64,000 nucleotides of DNA, taken from Dicyema japonicum (Eukaryota; Animalia; Dicyemida). The notes beneath the pieces are model-generated. The model had not been told where the DNA came from. It made no database searches and saw only the letters and a list, made by a program, of their open reading frames with translations. The stretch lies in NCBI GenBank assembly GCA_011109175.1, contig RDEW01000039.1, positions 140,679 through 204,678 of the forward strand, read 5' to 3'. The translations under genes were made by a program, and so were the position numbers. This document shows, piece by piece, positions 1 through 10,181 of this stretch (its first letter is position 1; each line of letters opens with the position of its first letter).

Positions 1-239
1 TCTCAGGAATAAACGAGATTCGTCCAAATCGCCAGCAGCGCCCATTGAGATCTCCAATGCGTGTAGAAATTTGCTTTCCTAGAAGACCAGGAACCCGAGC
101 GTTGAGGTTGCAAGGGAACCGTATGTTTCAACTGAGAATATGCCGCAGATTAATATCAATTTGTGGTTAAATATTAGGAACCACATCAAGACAATGTAGC
201 CATTCGAGTCGGAATGACTCTGACTTGATATGGTGGGAT

Positions 240-1032
240 ATACAGAAAAAGCCCCTATTCTCTATCATGCATTGAAACGCTGGAAAATTCCCTTGACACA
301 TGTCATCAAGAAACTCATTAAAAACAGTGGCTTCACTTGTCTACTATAGACTATTTGACACCACAGCGGAAACTAGAAGAGGATAGATGAGACGAAAACG
401 TTATCACAAAGAAGTATCTTTACTGGGATTCCATTTGCAAAGACACCTTGAACGCGAATATTCTCAGGATTTCAATATGTGCGAGATTCGACCCTGTATC
501 GCCGAATAATATAAAAAATATTAATTTTTGACGGATCAAATGGATTAGACTTGAGTTTTGTCCTTGATTGATGTTCTATCCTTTACTCAGAGACGCCCAT
601 CCCTGGCCGGCATTCAAAAGGATCCATCTATCCATTCCACAGGGAGACAATTTCGCTCAATGGTGACGAGTTTTGGAATCGACCTCAGCTCCCCGGACAG
701 CTCTCTGGATCACTGTACTTGGGTGAGGTTCTAACTGGGAAAGGAAATCAGTTTGGTTTTAACCTCGGTCTTTGGAATAATTTAATTAATTTCCCCGAAA
801 GTTCATGCTTTGGCACACTATAGAACGAGAAATTAACCATTTCGATGAATTTATTTCTCTGATGAGAGCCAGTATATTCAAGGACAGTTTAGGATTGAAG
901 ATCTCGCAGAAAGATAAGGGGATAAAGAGTCTACTGGCTATCAAAATCGTCGAGGTCAATATCTTGGCTGCTTTCTCGAAGAAAAACAATTCTCTGCAAA
1001 ATCAGATTATTTGTCCTTCAGTAAGGGGGTGA
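240..1032 (+). mobile_element. Possible heavily degenerate Ty1/copia-type reverse transcriptase remnant
   Basis: Broken frames give AFKRIHLSIPQG (cf. AFL..IYMxQPxG) and SLGLKISQKDKGIKSLLAIKIVEVNILAAF (cf. FLGLEIxQxxxGIxLSQxxYIxxILxxF). Many stops; weak similarity only. Confidence 0.25.
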
Positions 1033-1746
1033 CTATCAGACATAGCATTTCGTTTAAAAAACTTTAATTACTTGGATCCTCCAGTTTAAAAGTATCTGTT
1101 GAGTGAGGAAAGTCCCTAATTTTTATATTCTGTAAAAAAATCAATGATTTGGTATTGCATAGTTAACGATTAACATATTTTTACTAAATTCCTGAGTACC
1201 AATTTAAAATAATGAACATTATAAACTAAAATAGAACTGGTCCCACGTGGATACCTGCTCGTGGAGTAGACTACCTTCAATTGTAGCGAACAGACCCAAC
1301 ATCTCTCCTAAAAACTATCAAATCTACGAATTCTCTCGTTGCTGCCCTGGATACATCATAGCATATTCCACGTGGATACATCACCAACCAGCACCTCCAT
1401 TTCCCCAGAGGTCATTGATCTATTGAGCAACACCAAAGTATCAACTTTGTTTGTTTAGAACTTTAGTTTCTGAGTTTCCTGAAGCTATAGAGGTACGGGA
1501 CCACCTCAACCTTATAAAGTAACTTCACGGAATCCAGATTGGAAGTAAAGTCAATCAATTTCAGACCCTACTTTGCTTCTAAACAAAATTTTCAAAGTCA
1601 TATCAGTCTCCTCCTAAGTTCTTCAATTATAAAATTATCCCATACGTCATAACAGTGACTCACAAGTCTTTGACAACATCCCAAGTTCTTCAACGGTAAC
1701 ATTGACTCATAATTATAGCAGTTAACAGTGACTCATGGTTTAACAA

Positions 1747-2077
1747 GGGCCGGGTGGCACAGTTAAGGACTGTACAATAAGTGTGACTGTACATCAATAA
1801 GTCCCGAGATTAGCTCTCATTTGAGACTTTTTGGAGACGTCCTGAGGTTGGACCCGACATCCCCTGAATATCGCCATGGAAGATTACTACTCCTCAGATG
1901 TAAAACACTTTCGTGGAAGACCGAGAACAACCCTCCCGGTCGTTTTACAAAACGATCTGAAAGCCGTAAAGAAAACATTGGCATCTGCTGACAACCTGGA
2001 CACACTGAGGGATCTGGCTAAGAACAGAAAAGCCTGTAACAAGCTAACTCTTTCCTTATATGTGCTAATAATAACAG
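1747..2077 (+). mobile_element. 5'-truncated RTE-clade LINE, 3' end
   Basis: Encodes ..MEDYYSSDVKHFRGRPRTTLPVVLQNDLKAVKKTLASADNLDTLRDLAKNRKA, homologous to the RTE ends at 37760-37920 and 40250-40650. Flanked by the duplication TAACAGTGACTCATGGTTTAACAA (1723-1746 and 2403-2426). Confidence 0.8.
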
Positions 2078-2399
2078 TAGCCTGGTGGCTTAGTGGTTAG
2101 GTGTCGGGCTTAAGTGGCTTAGGCTACGGGTTCGAATCTCGCTGCTGTTCACCTGGTGGAAGGTTCCACGCATCTACGATGCAGAAATGGTTTGACGAGT
2201 GACGCCGTCATCAGTGAATTATCACTGCGGAACTGGATTGTCTAGAAAGGACACTCACACAAGAAAAAGAAAAAAAGAAGTGAAGATCATTCCTACGATT
2301 AGTTAAAATTAACTCTCTTTACTTAAATAAAGTGTGTGTCCTGCCTATGCGGAGCTATAAAATACTATGGCTCTCGTGAAAAGGCTTTATTATTATTAT
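2078..2399 (+). mobile_element. tRNA-derived SINE (family A), full length
   Basis: A-box TGGCTTAGTGG (2086-2096), B-box GGTTCGAATC (2129-2138), conserved core, RTE-like tail GGCTCTCGTGAAA..(TTA)n, and 9-bp duplication TAATAACAG (2069-2077 and 2400-2408). Confidence 0.8.
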
Positions 2400-2916
2400 T
2401 AATAACAGTGACTCATGGTTTAACAATGTCTTAGACAGCATCCTAAGTTCTTCAACGGTAACATTGACTCGTAGATCATAACAGTTAACAGTGACTCATC
2501 GTCTAACAATGTCTTAGCTTCCCAAGTTCTTCAACGGTAACATTGACTCGTAGATCATAACAGTTAACAGTGACTCATCGTCTAACATTGTCTTAGCTTC
2601 CCAAGTTCTTCAACGGTAACATTGACTCGTAGATCACAAAATGACTCATCGTCTAACAATGTCTTAGCTTCCCAAGTTCTTCAACGGTAAACAGTTAACA
2701 GTGACTCACTGAGGGCAGCAATATTTATTTCATAAACCTCTTATGATAAAAACTAAGATTAAAAATAAAATATTTAAGAATAAATGGAACAATTATGGCA
2801 TTCCTGGGAATACTAAACTATTCTGTGGTGAACATGATTTTCGAGAATAACAAGTATTAACTAGATTGACACTCGAATAAAAACATAAATATATACAGAG
2901 AATAGTAAAAATAAGA

Positions 2917-3184
2917 CTAATATTTTCTTGACCTCCTTTTATCACTTGATTTCTTTTTTTCCTTCAACGTTTGTGTCGATTTAACGATATTTACGAGAAA
3001 TCTCTTATTCACTGTGCGTTTCTTTACAATCCTAGAATAAATGAGTAAACAAACAAAGATGATGTTCCGTATTTTTCTTCGTTTTCTTTCCGAATTTGTG
3101 CATCCCTGATTATTTCTTGTATGGCTAATCTGTTATATTTATTATTAATTAGTACTTTGTCAATATCTCGTCAGTACTATCCAT
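2917..3184 (-). CDS. 72-aa protein resembling POLR1D isoform 2-like proteins; 3 exons
   Basis: Removing two GT-AG introns (26 and 23 nt) gives MDSTDEILTKLAIQEIIRDAQIRKENEEKYGTSSLIVKKRTVNKRFLVNIVKSTQTLKEKKKSSDKRRSRKY*. This resembles the recalled motif AIEELLKEAKRG..TNKRFLINTIKNT. Confidence 0.6.
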
Positions 3185-3332
3185 TATAAAAAAGGAACAC
3201 CTAAACAATAGGAATAGGATTATTTATTTAATTTTTTTAAATTAAATATTATTTGTATTATTAAACCATAAATTTAATAACCGAATAAGTTAATAATTCA
3301 TTTATTTTTTAATAAATAATTACAGTCCTCAA

Positions 3333-3587
3333 AGGTCGGTGACGCAGTGCAACAAGTGCCGAGCAAAAGGTCTGATGGTCCCTAGTTCAAATCTCATTGA
3401 TGTACATTCCGGATGAAGGTTCCACGAATCGACGAAGGTTTTACGCATTGATGACGTCATCAGTGAGCATCTAACTGCGTAACCGGACTCCCTCATCGAT
3501 TAGTTATTATAACTTTATTTAGAATAGTCTGTTTCATGCCTGAGGAGAACTATAGCTAATGCGGCTCTTCGTAGAGTGCAGTATTAA
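3333..3587 (+). mobile_element. SINE family A, divergent copy
   Basis: Degenerate tRNA head (GGTCGGTGACGCAGTG..TAGTTCAAATC), core GAAGGTTCCACG..GTCATCAGTGA..CTGCG, and tail GGCTCTTCGTAGAGTGCAGTATTAA. Confidence 0.65.
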
Positions 3588-3689
3588 ATCCTCCAGTGAG
3601 AACAACTGTTGCATCCAGTGACATTGATGAAGACGACATTGAGGGAGACAATGAGTTGGTGGGGTCGAAAATTTTGTTATCGTATATGA

Positions 3690-4060
3690 CTCAAACTTTC
3701 TGTATGATTGTAGATATTTTGATTATGTAGGGAACAAAGGGCAGCTCGGTAACTAGTAGGACGTCATCGTGGTCGGATAAATTGTTCATAAACTGTGGCA
3801 AGGCTCTGAGATCACTTTTAGGATTCTCATTTTCTTTAGAGCAGAAGTTACCTTGTTCTTGACATGTCGGATAAGGAATGTCTCTGGTCAAATGTGACCC
3901 CAATAATCTTGATGTTTTGTTGATAGTAACAACCTCATTCTTCATGAGGATTTTTTGGTTCGACACATAACTATTTTTTGTACGTTGTAAACACGTGACA
4001 GAGGACTTTGCTGACGTTCTTGTTAGCCACGGGTGACCGAGAGTAAATAAATAATAAATT
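3690..4060 (-). mobile_element. I/Jockey-group LINE RT C-terminal fragment
   Basis: Frameshifted IKIIGVTFDQR...LATVYEQFIRP motifs on the minus strand. Confidence 0.5.
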
Positions 4061-4199
4061 AATTCCATTTTCATAAATCTTGTAAATTTGAAATTCCCGA
4101 TCTCAAACAACAACAACATTTTTTATTAAAGACCGAGACATAGCGATAGTTATGGGGGATTGAGGCCTGGATTCTGGATTCTTTCGCAGTTTCACTCCT

Positions 4200-5950
4200 C
4201 CTTCTTCAAATCGAGTTTTCGTAGACACAGAAGTGCTTGGTAAGCCTTTTTATTTTTTTTATTTTAGCATCTTCAACATAATCTCCTCTACGTCCAAAAC
4301 AGACACCCAAATAACACAAATGATCAATATTACTGATACCAATCAATGTGTACTCCTGTTGAAACAATTTCTATAATGTAAAATTCTCATGGCTTTTGAC
4401 TTTTCCATTGAGAGACTTAAGCCATGGGATTTACAACACTGGAGAATTTCTTCCAAAATCCACATAATATTTTCTCAGACACCACCGGACTTTTAGAGAT
4501 GTCTGATATCAGTACGTCGTCCGCGTAAATAATCACGTTAGTACTAGCATTCCTGGGAGCTGGAAAATCTCTCATAAATATATTAAATAGCAGAGGAATC
4601 AAGACTCGTTGCTGTACATTCCGATGATGGTGGCACTCCCCTCTTCATAACAATCTCTTCAGAAGTAAATCCTCCACATCTCACAAATGATCTTATCTTT
4701 GTCAGAAGATTTTTGAACCAATCAAGTAAAAGTTTTGGGATTTCAACTGCGACTACTGACAAAACACTACGCCATGCCAGACACTATTGAAGGCCTCCGA
4801 TAAATACAGGCAGACGACACTCAGCTGATATTTGAAGTTCCTGGCCTTCTCAATCTAAGAGTTCAAGATGAAAAAAAATCTCCACATGATCTCTCTGACG
4901 AAAGCACCATTGTTCCTTGCTGAGAAAATTCCATGATTCGATATGGCGTGTAAGTCTTTTATAGATAAGCCTCTCCATGATTTTTGAAATTGAGATTATT
5001 AGACTAATAGGTCTATAGCCCAAGGGATCCGTCCTCGATTTTCCTGGTTGTGGGATCATCCGAATAATTGAAGCTTGAGGTACATATCCCATATAGAGAC
5101 TTGCACAAAGGACTTGCTCCAATAATAACAGAGGACCTCAAAAAGGCAATTCGGATTCTCCTTGAATAACTTAAGGTGTATCCCGTTTATTCCAGGAGCT
5201 TTATCACGTCACTCCATAATAGTTTGTTTCACCTCTTCTTTAGTAATGATTTCCATGCGCCATGTCCCAAATGCTCTTCCTGAATTTTCATACTTGAAAG
5301 AGATTCTTTGGGCATAGATCCTTTTGATCAATCCTTGAATGCCCTCAAGCAGCTCCCAAAAAGCAATAGGAGCATCCGCCTCGGTGACAACACTTCCATT
5401 GGATCTCTTCAAATTAATAACATCTGATTTAGATCCAGGAGTTAAAAGCCTCAGATAAGACTTCTAGAATTTGGGTTTTGGTGTCCAACCTTCCTACTTC
5501 ATTCTTCCATTTTTTATTGACTTCTTTTTCAAATAAAAAATCTATAGTCTTCTGAGTAACTCGTATTCTTCTTTTCAGAAATTCTCTGTCCATATAATTC
5601 AAACATCGTCTTAACTATGTACGAAGGCGATTTCGTTCTGAAATTTCCCACTTGATATGGGTAGGACAGCAGCTTTAGGATCTCCAGAGAAAACAGATTT
5701 TTGGAGAAGCTCGTCCTTGTGAAAGTCTAGGAAATTTTTCCTTATAAACCGTTCTCGCATGGACACAAAAATGTTAGATCAACTACAAGTCATCTCACCA
5801 CTCCAAGTAACTCCATTCGCTCTTGTTTCTTCAACATGCACAGACATCAGAAAACCGGATTACGCTGAATTGACGTCTCAAAGCATCGATTCCGTTCCCA
5901 GAAAGAATCTTACTTGGAATTTTTTTCAGGTGGATATTAATGTGAATTTT
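4200..5950 (-). mobile_element. Degenerate APE-type LINE (I/Jockey group) ORF2 fragment
   Basis: ORF pieces IRMIPQPGKS..YRPISLIISISKIMERLI..LSKEQWCFR and IPLLFNIFMRDFP..IIYADDVL. Confidence 0.8.
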
Positions 5951-6118
5951 AAACTCTGGCTGGCTAATTTTTATAGAGGCCAGAAGGGAGGAGTCTGCCT
6001 TATAAACATACTATCAGTTCCTTGGCTTTTTCCTAATTGGTTATCGCAGAGTTCACCATTATCCTTCTACTTTTCAAATTATTAGTGACTGAAATACGAA
6101 TACAAATAATTCGAAAGG

Positions 6119-6190
6119 TCCGCATTGGTCTAGTGGTTAAGATTTCGGATTTTCATTTCGACAACCCGTGTTCGATTCCCGGATGCGGAA
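6119..6190 (+). tRNA. tRNA-Glu(TTC)
   Basis: Perfect acceptor stem TCCGCAT/ATGCGGA; D-arm GTCT/AGAT; anticodon stem TCGGA/TTCGA with loop TT-TTC-AT; T-loop TTCGATT. One T-stem mismatch. Followed by a T-run terminator. Confidence 0.8.
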
Positions 6191-6239
6191 TTTTTTTGTT
6201 GTTCTGAACGATGATAATAAATTACATGATGCTCTTTCA

Positions 6240-6960
6240 GAACATTTTACTCGCGGTCATCATGGATGACCAATACGTCCGAGTGTTTATCGCTCCACAA
6301 CATCATTTTTGAAGTGTGCCGCTGGAATCTTCCCACTTCTAGATAAGAAGGTGTGATGTCAATAAATGCTGACAATTCCCCTGCATCGACAACGATGATT
6401 CTGGCATGTTTTCAACTCCAAACGGGTAGAGATCCAAATGCGGGCTAATTGGGAAGGTGTCAATCCATGCTCCCTTTTCTTTAGATCTTCCAGGGATCAA
6501 ACAGTTGATTCATATTTTTAAGTAGCCTCTCAAATTTATCTTCACATGATTTTATCCTTCTGGATTACATCACGGCGTATGATGTTAATGGAGTTTTTGA
6601 TGTAGATCTTGAGAATAAGATACTGGATTCTCTTGTAGTGTTGTACTAAAGTCCGCGAAGCATTAATTGCCTTTTCACAACCTCTCAGAGTGCCGACCCC
6701 AACTTGGGCTGGTTGCAGGTGTTCTACTTGCCTGGGGAGAACTGTCATGCCAACCTGTTTTGCCGCTAGACGACGGAAAACGAAACCCACAACAATGGGT
6801 CGGACTCCTCCAATTTTTCCGAAATCCAGTAATTTGGAGGAGAACATGATGTGACGAATCGTTTCTGGGAGTTTCCCAGAGAGAATTCTGTTCATTAGTT
6901 TGGTGATTGCCGAGACAAACATGATGCGGAGCTGTCTTTGTTAGGGTGTGTGAATAGTTT
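6240..6960 (-). mobile_element. CRE-like non-LTR retrotransposon RT fragment
   Basis: GGVRPIVVGFVFRRLAAK..LQPAQVGVGTLRGCEKAI, typical of CRE-clade RT domains 1-2. Confidence 0.8.
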
Positions 6961-7263
6961 CAACTGATCCTTACCCCCTTTCTTGCGGCAAGGTCAATCG
7001 CCCTCCTTTAGCTCTAGTCCACTTAATGTCTTCATTTCCTCAATGTGGATGTAACCTCTCACCTCTTTTCTTGAACTCAAAAACAATCGGATGCGCGAAC
7101 TTAGGTAATAGAGGCATCGGATGCACAATGTTTGGGTTCGAATCCCACGTGGGTGTTTGGATTCGAATTGAAGGAACTTGGGAGAACAAGATAATTATTA
7201 GTTAGTAATTCTCCTGTTCTTAATAATTATTTAAAATACAAAGTTGACACAATTAGTAATAAA

Positions 7264-7959
7264 TTAAGGAAAATCATCGAGTCTGTCGAGTGAAATTTCG
7301 ATAAATTTCTGAATATTTGCCTGGCCGCAATACTTTTCCACCCAAATTAAAGTGGAAGAAGCCAAAGTAGAAAAATTTTTGTCAGAGACTGCATTGTCAA
7401 AGGAGGTAAACATTTCTTCCATCATTCTTTTGAACTGAAAGTGAGGATATTTAAATACTATCATCAACTTTTGATCTCCTTCCATTTTAACTTCAGAACA
7501 ACCTCCCGACATCTTATAGACTTGCAGAATATCCTCATAATGTCTTCAAATAAGTTGAGATTAAACTTGTGAGCAGCATTCACCGCGTAAATATCTTTTT
7601 CTATTTTGTCAATTTCTTCTATCAGTGCAGTCTTACGCTCATTTTGAAGTTGTATATGATCAGCAACTTTTTAATGAGTAGAAGGGCAAACCAGATTGTA
7701 AAATCTCAGATTTACTCATTCTAAAAGGATTGGATCCACATTGTCTGTCCCCATGCTGGGCCAACAAGGTTGAGAGCCCCGAGTAGCCACTCTAGATAAA
7801 TAAATTGATTTATTACTTTAATGGCATCACGGCGTCGTTGTTCTGATAAAATGTGGGCAGATTTCTTATTCATTTGTTCAATATTTTTTTCACTATAAGG
7901 CTCTAGTGGTAATTAAAGGTGTAACCAATCTCAGAGGAAGAATCAGAATTTAAACCCAT
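7264..7959 (-). CDS. MLX: Max-like protein X (bHLH-Zip with C-terminal DCD domain); spliced
   Basis: Splicing 23-25 nt introns gives ..KKSAHILSEQRRRDAIKSGYSGLSTLL..MSKSEILQSVADHIQ..FKRMMEEMFTSFDNAVSDKNFSTLASSTLIWVEKYC. This matches the Mlx basic helix-loop-helix, zipper and DCD motifs in order. Confidence 0.85.
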
Positions 7960-8544
7960 TAATTTTTAAAATTGACCTGATTTTATGCGGTTTCTATTTT
8001 TTAAATTTTAATTATTTATTATTTACTTAAATTAAATTATTATTTTTTTTTAATTTTTATTGTTAATTGATTCAGTGGAGTAGTATCCACTTTCGATTTA
8101 TGCTCCAAATCAGATACACCTGACCTATTTCTGAGAGCCTTTTTTAGTAGTTACTTTTTTGTTATCCACTGGTTTCCTTCACTTAAGGGACCGGGGTAGA
8201 TAAAAAATGAATTGGTATAATCTTAACTTCAACGAGAGGCATACATCTCCGCAATTTCAAAAAACCGTAAGAAATTTTGTCTTGGAAATTCATTGCATCT
8301 GTTGATACCGAGCGATATCGGAATCAAACAACTACTTTCTTTGACTTTTTTGAATTACACACATTTTTGTAAAGATTTTTAAGCTTAGTAAACACAAATT
8401 TTAAATGTCATGCAAGTCAATAACCGCAGGACGTAAATCTTAAACAAAACCACTCAATTTATAATTCTGAAAGATAAAATAATCACAATAATTTTAGCTA
8501 CAAACCAATAATAAAAAATAAGAAAATGAATCATTTAAAAAAGA

Positions 8545-8685
8545 CTCACACACAACAAAAAGAATTGAAGAGCATCCTTTGGTTCTCCCTCTACTATTGT
8601 TTTAACTGTTTTACTAAAATAAAGTGTGTGTTCTGCCTGGGAGGAGCGATAGCTAATATTGCTCTTGGTAAAGTGCAGTATTAAG
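8545..8685 (+). mobile_element. SINE family A, 3' fragment
   Basis: CTCACACACAAC..AAATAAAGTGTGTGTTCTGCCTG..GCTCTTGGTAAAGTGCAGTATTAA matches the 3' half of 2078-2399. Confidence 0.6.
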
Positions 8686-8809
8686 TCCGATATGCCACGA
8701 TTAACGCCAATTGCACTAATAAAGTGTAAGCTGTAGGTAATATGGCTCTGCGTAAAGTGCGGTATTATTATATATTAGGTCAATAAAGTCAAAATATTTA
8801 ATGATTTTT

Positions 8810-9718
8810 ATTTCAATCAATAAGCTTCCTACACGCCTCGAAGGCACGGGTTTCAGGTCAGCGTTGGAGATCGCCCTTCCAGCATATGTGTTATCGCTCT
8901 CAAGCGGAAGCCTTTTGGTCCAAGATATCCTACGTTTTCCAACCGGACTTTCTTGGGAAAAAGTTTTCGACGAAGCTCGTCGCAATTGGTGTGAAACTGG
9001 TTTGAATTCGCCGAACGATCCTTCGAGGCAACGAGAATGGGATGAGATCTACTCCAAGAATATTTTCGACGTGCTAAAGTCTGTGGCCAACCAGCATCGT
9101 CTTGCATGCCTCGTGTCCGCCGCCAACCATGAGAGCGGAGCATGACTGGAAGCACTCCCTTGTTACTCCCTGTGGACCTATTTGGACGATGACTGTATTC
9201 GGATTGGGATCGCACAGCGCCTGGAAGTTGATGTAAGCGTCGAACACCAATGTCGTTGTAAAGGATCGTCGATGCCAAAGGGCTGCATCCGCTTTCTTGC
9301 AAAAGGAGTGCGGGCAGAGCATCCTATGAACAACATTGTCATGCGTTCTCTTGAAACTGTAGGCTTCACAACAGTGCTGTAGCCCATGGGATTGGACCGC
9401 GGAGACGGGAAAAGACCGGATAGGTTAACAATCTTTTCGTTCACTGAGGGAAAATCGCTCGTATAGGACTGCACTGTTGAGGATTCCTTCTCGAACTCAA
9501 TGTTGCTCAGCTCGGCGCAGTCTGCTGGATCGGCAGCCGATCTGACCGAGAAAATCAAGATAAAAAATATGGTGAAATTCGAGATCGCTTTCGTTTTGTA
9601 CCGGTGGTAATCGAAACGTCTGGTGCTGCGGGAAGTATCACAGTCTCTTTCCTGAAGGAAATCGGGGGGGGGGGGGAATTGGCCCATCGTAAGAAAGACG
9701 TGCGGGTGATCTTATCTG
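8810..9718 (+). mobile_element. CRE-like non-LTR retrotransposon, C-terminal region with restriction-like endonuclease
   Basis: LPTRLEG.GFRSALEIALPAY, HQCRC, PMGLDRGDGKRPDRL and PVVIETSGAAG motifs across frameshifts. Confidence 0.8.
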
Positions 9719-10181
9719 CAACATATGCAGCACACTCATATTCTGGGAAAGTTCTCAAGGTATATGAAAAGGATTTGGTTGACCACTCAAGTAGAGGTGT
9801 TTCAAGAGACAAGGACGGATGACTCTGGTGGCGGGTTCCTGGATTGTGAATAACTTGTGCAAATAAGAACGGAAGATGGTCATTAACCACGATGAATTTG
9901 GGTGTGTCAGAATTGTCTGGATAAACTTGCGCTGCTTTCGAGATTTTTTGAGATAATCCATAGAACTTTCATTCTCTTCACCACTGCTGTCACCAAGTTT
10001 TCCTTGTTGGTGTGTACAATAATAATCCTGTTATTTATGATGATCCTTGACATACTAAGAAACCTGGTGAATGACAATACTAAACTTTATAATATTTAAA
10101 ATATTATAAATAAAATCTTTAATATATTTATTTTTTAAATTGCAATTTTAGTGGCGGAGAAACAGAAAAACGTGGTCAATA

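Larger units (their letters stand above)
1611..2708. repeat. 79-bp tandem repeat (minisatellite), interrupted by a retroelement insertion at 1747-2402
   Basis: Unit CCCAAGTTCTTCAACGGTAACATTGACTCGTAGATCATAACAGTTAACAGTGACTCATCGTCTAACAATGTCTTAGCTT is repeated about 3.5 times at 2400-2708, with a divergent unit at 1611-1746. Confidence 0.9.

Noticed and set aside
2400-2708. CRISPR-like array
   Set aside because: Units are contiguous near-identical repeats with no unique spacers, there are no cas genes, and the context is eukaryotic.
7085-7165. tRNA gene (GGTTCGAATCCC)
   Set aside because: Only a B-box/T-arm is present, with no acceptor or anticodon stems; at most a decayed SINE head. The same applies to 38185-38260.
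9661-9680. Poly-G run as a G-quadruplex element
   Set aside because: The homologous CRE site at about 21850 has only GGGGTG; this is probably homopolymer expansion or a sequencing error.
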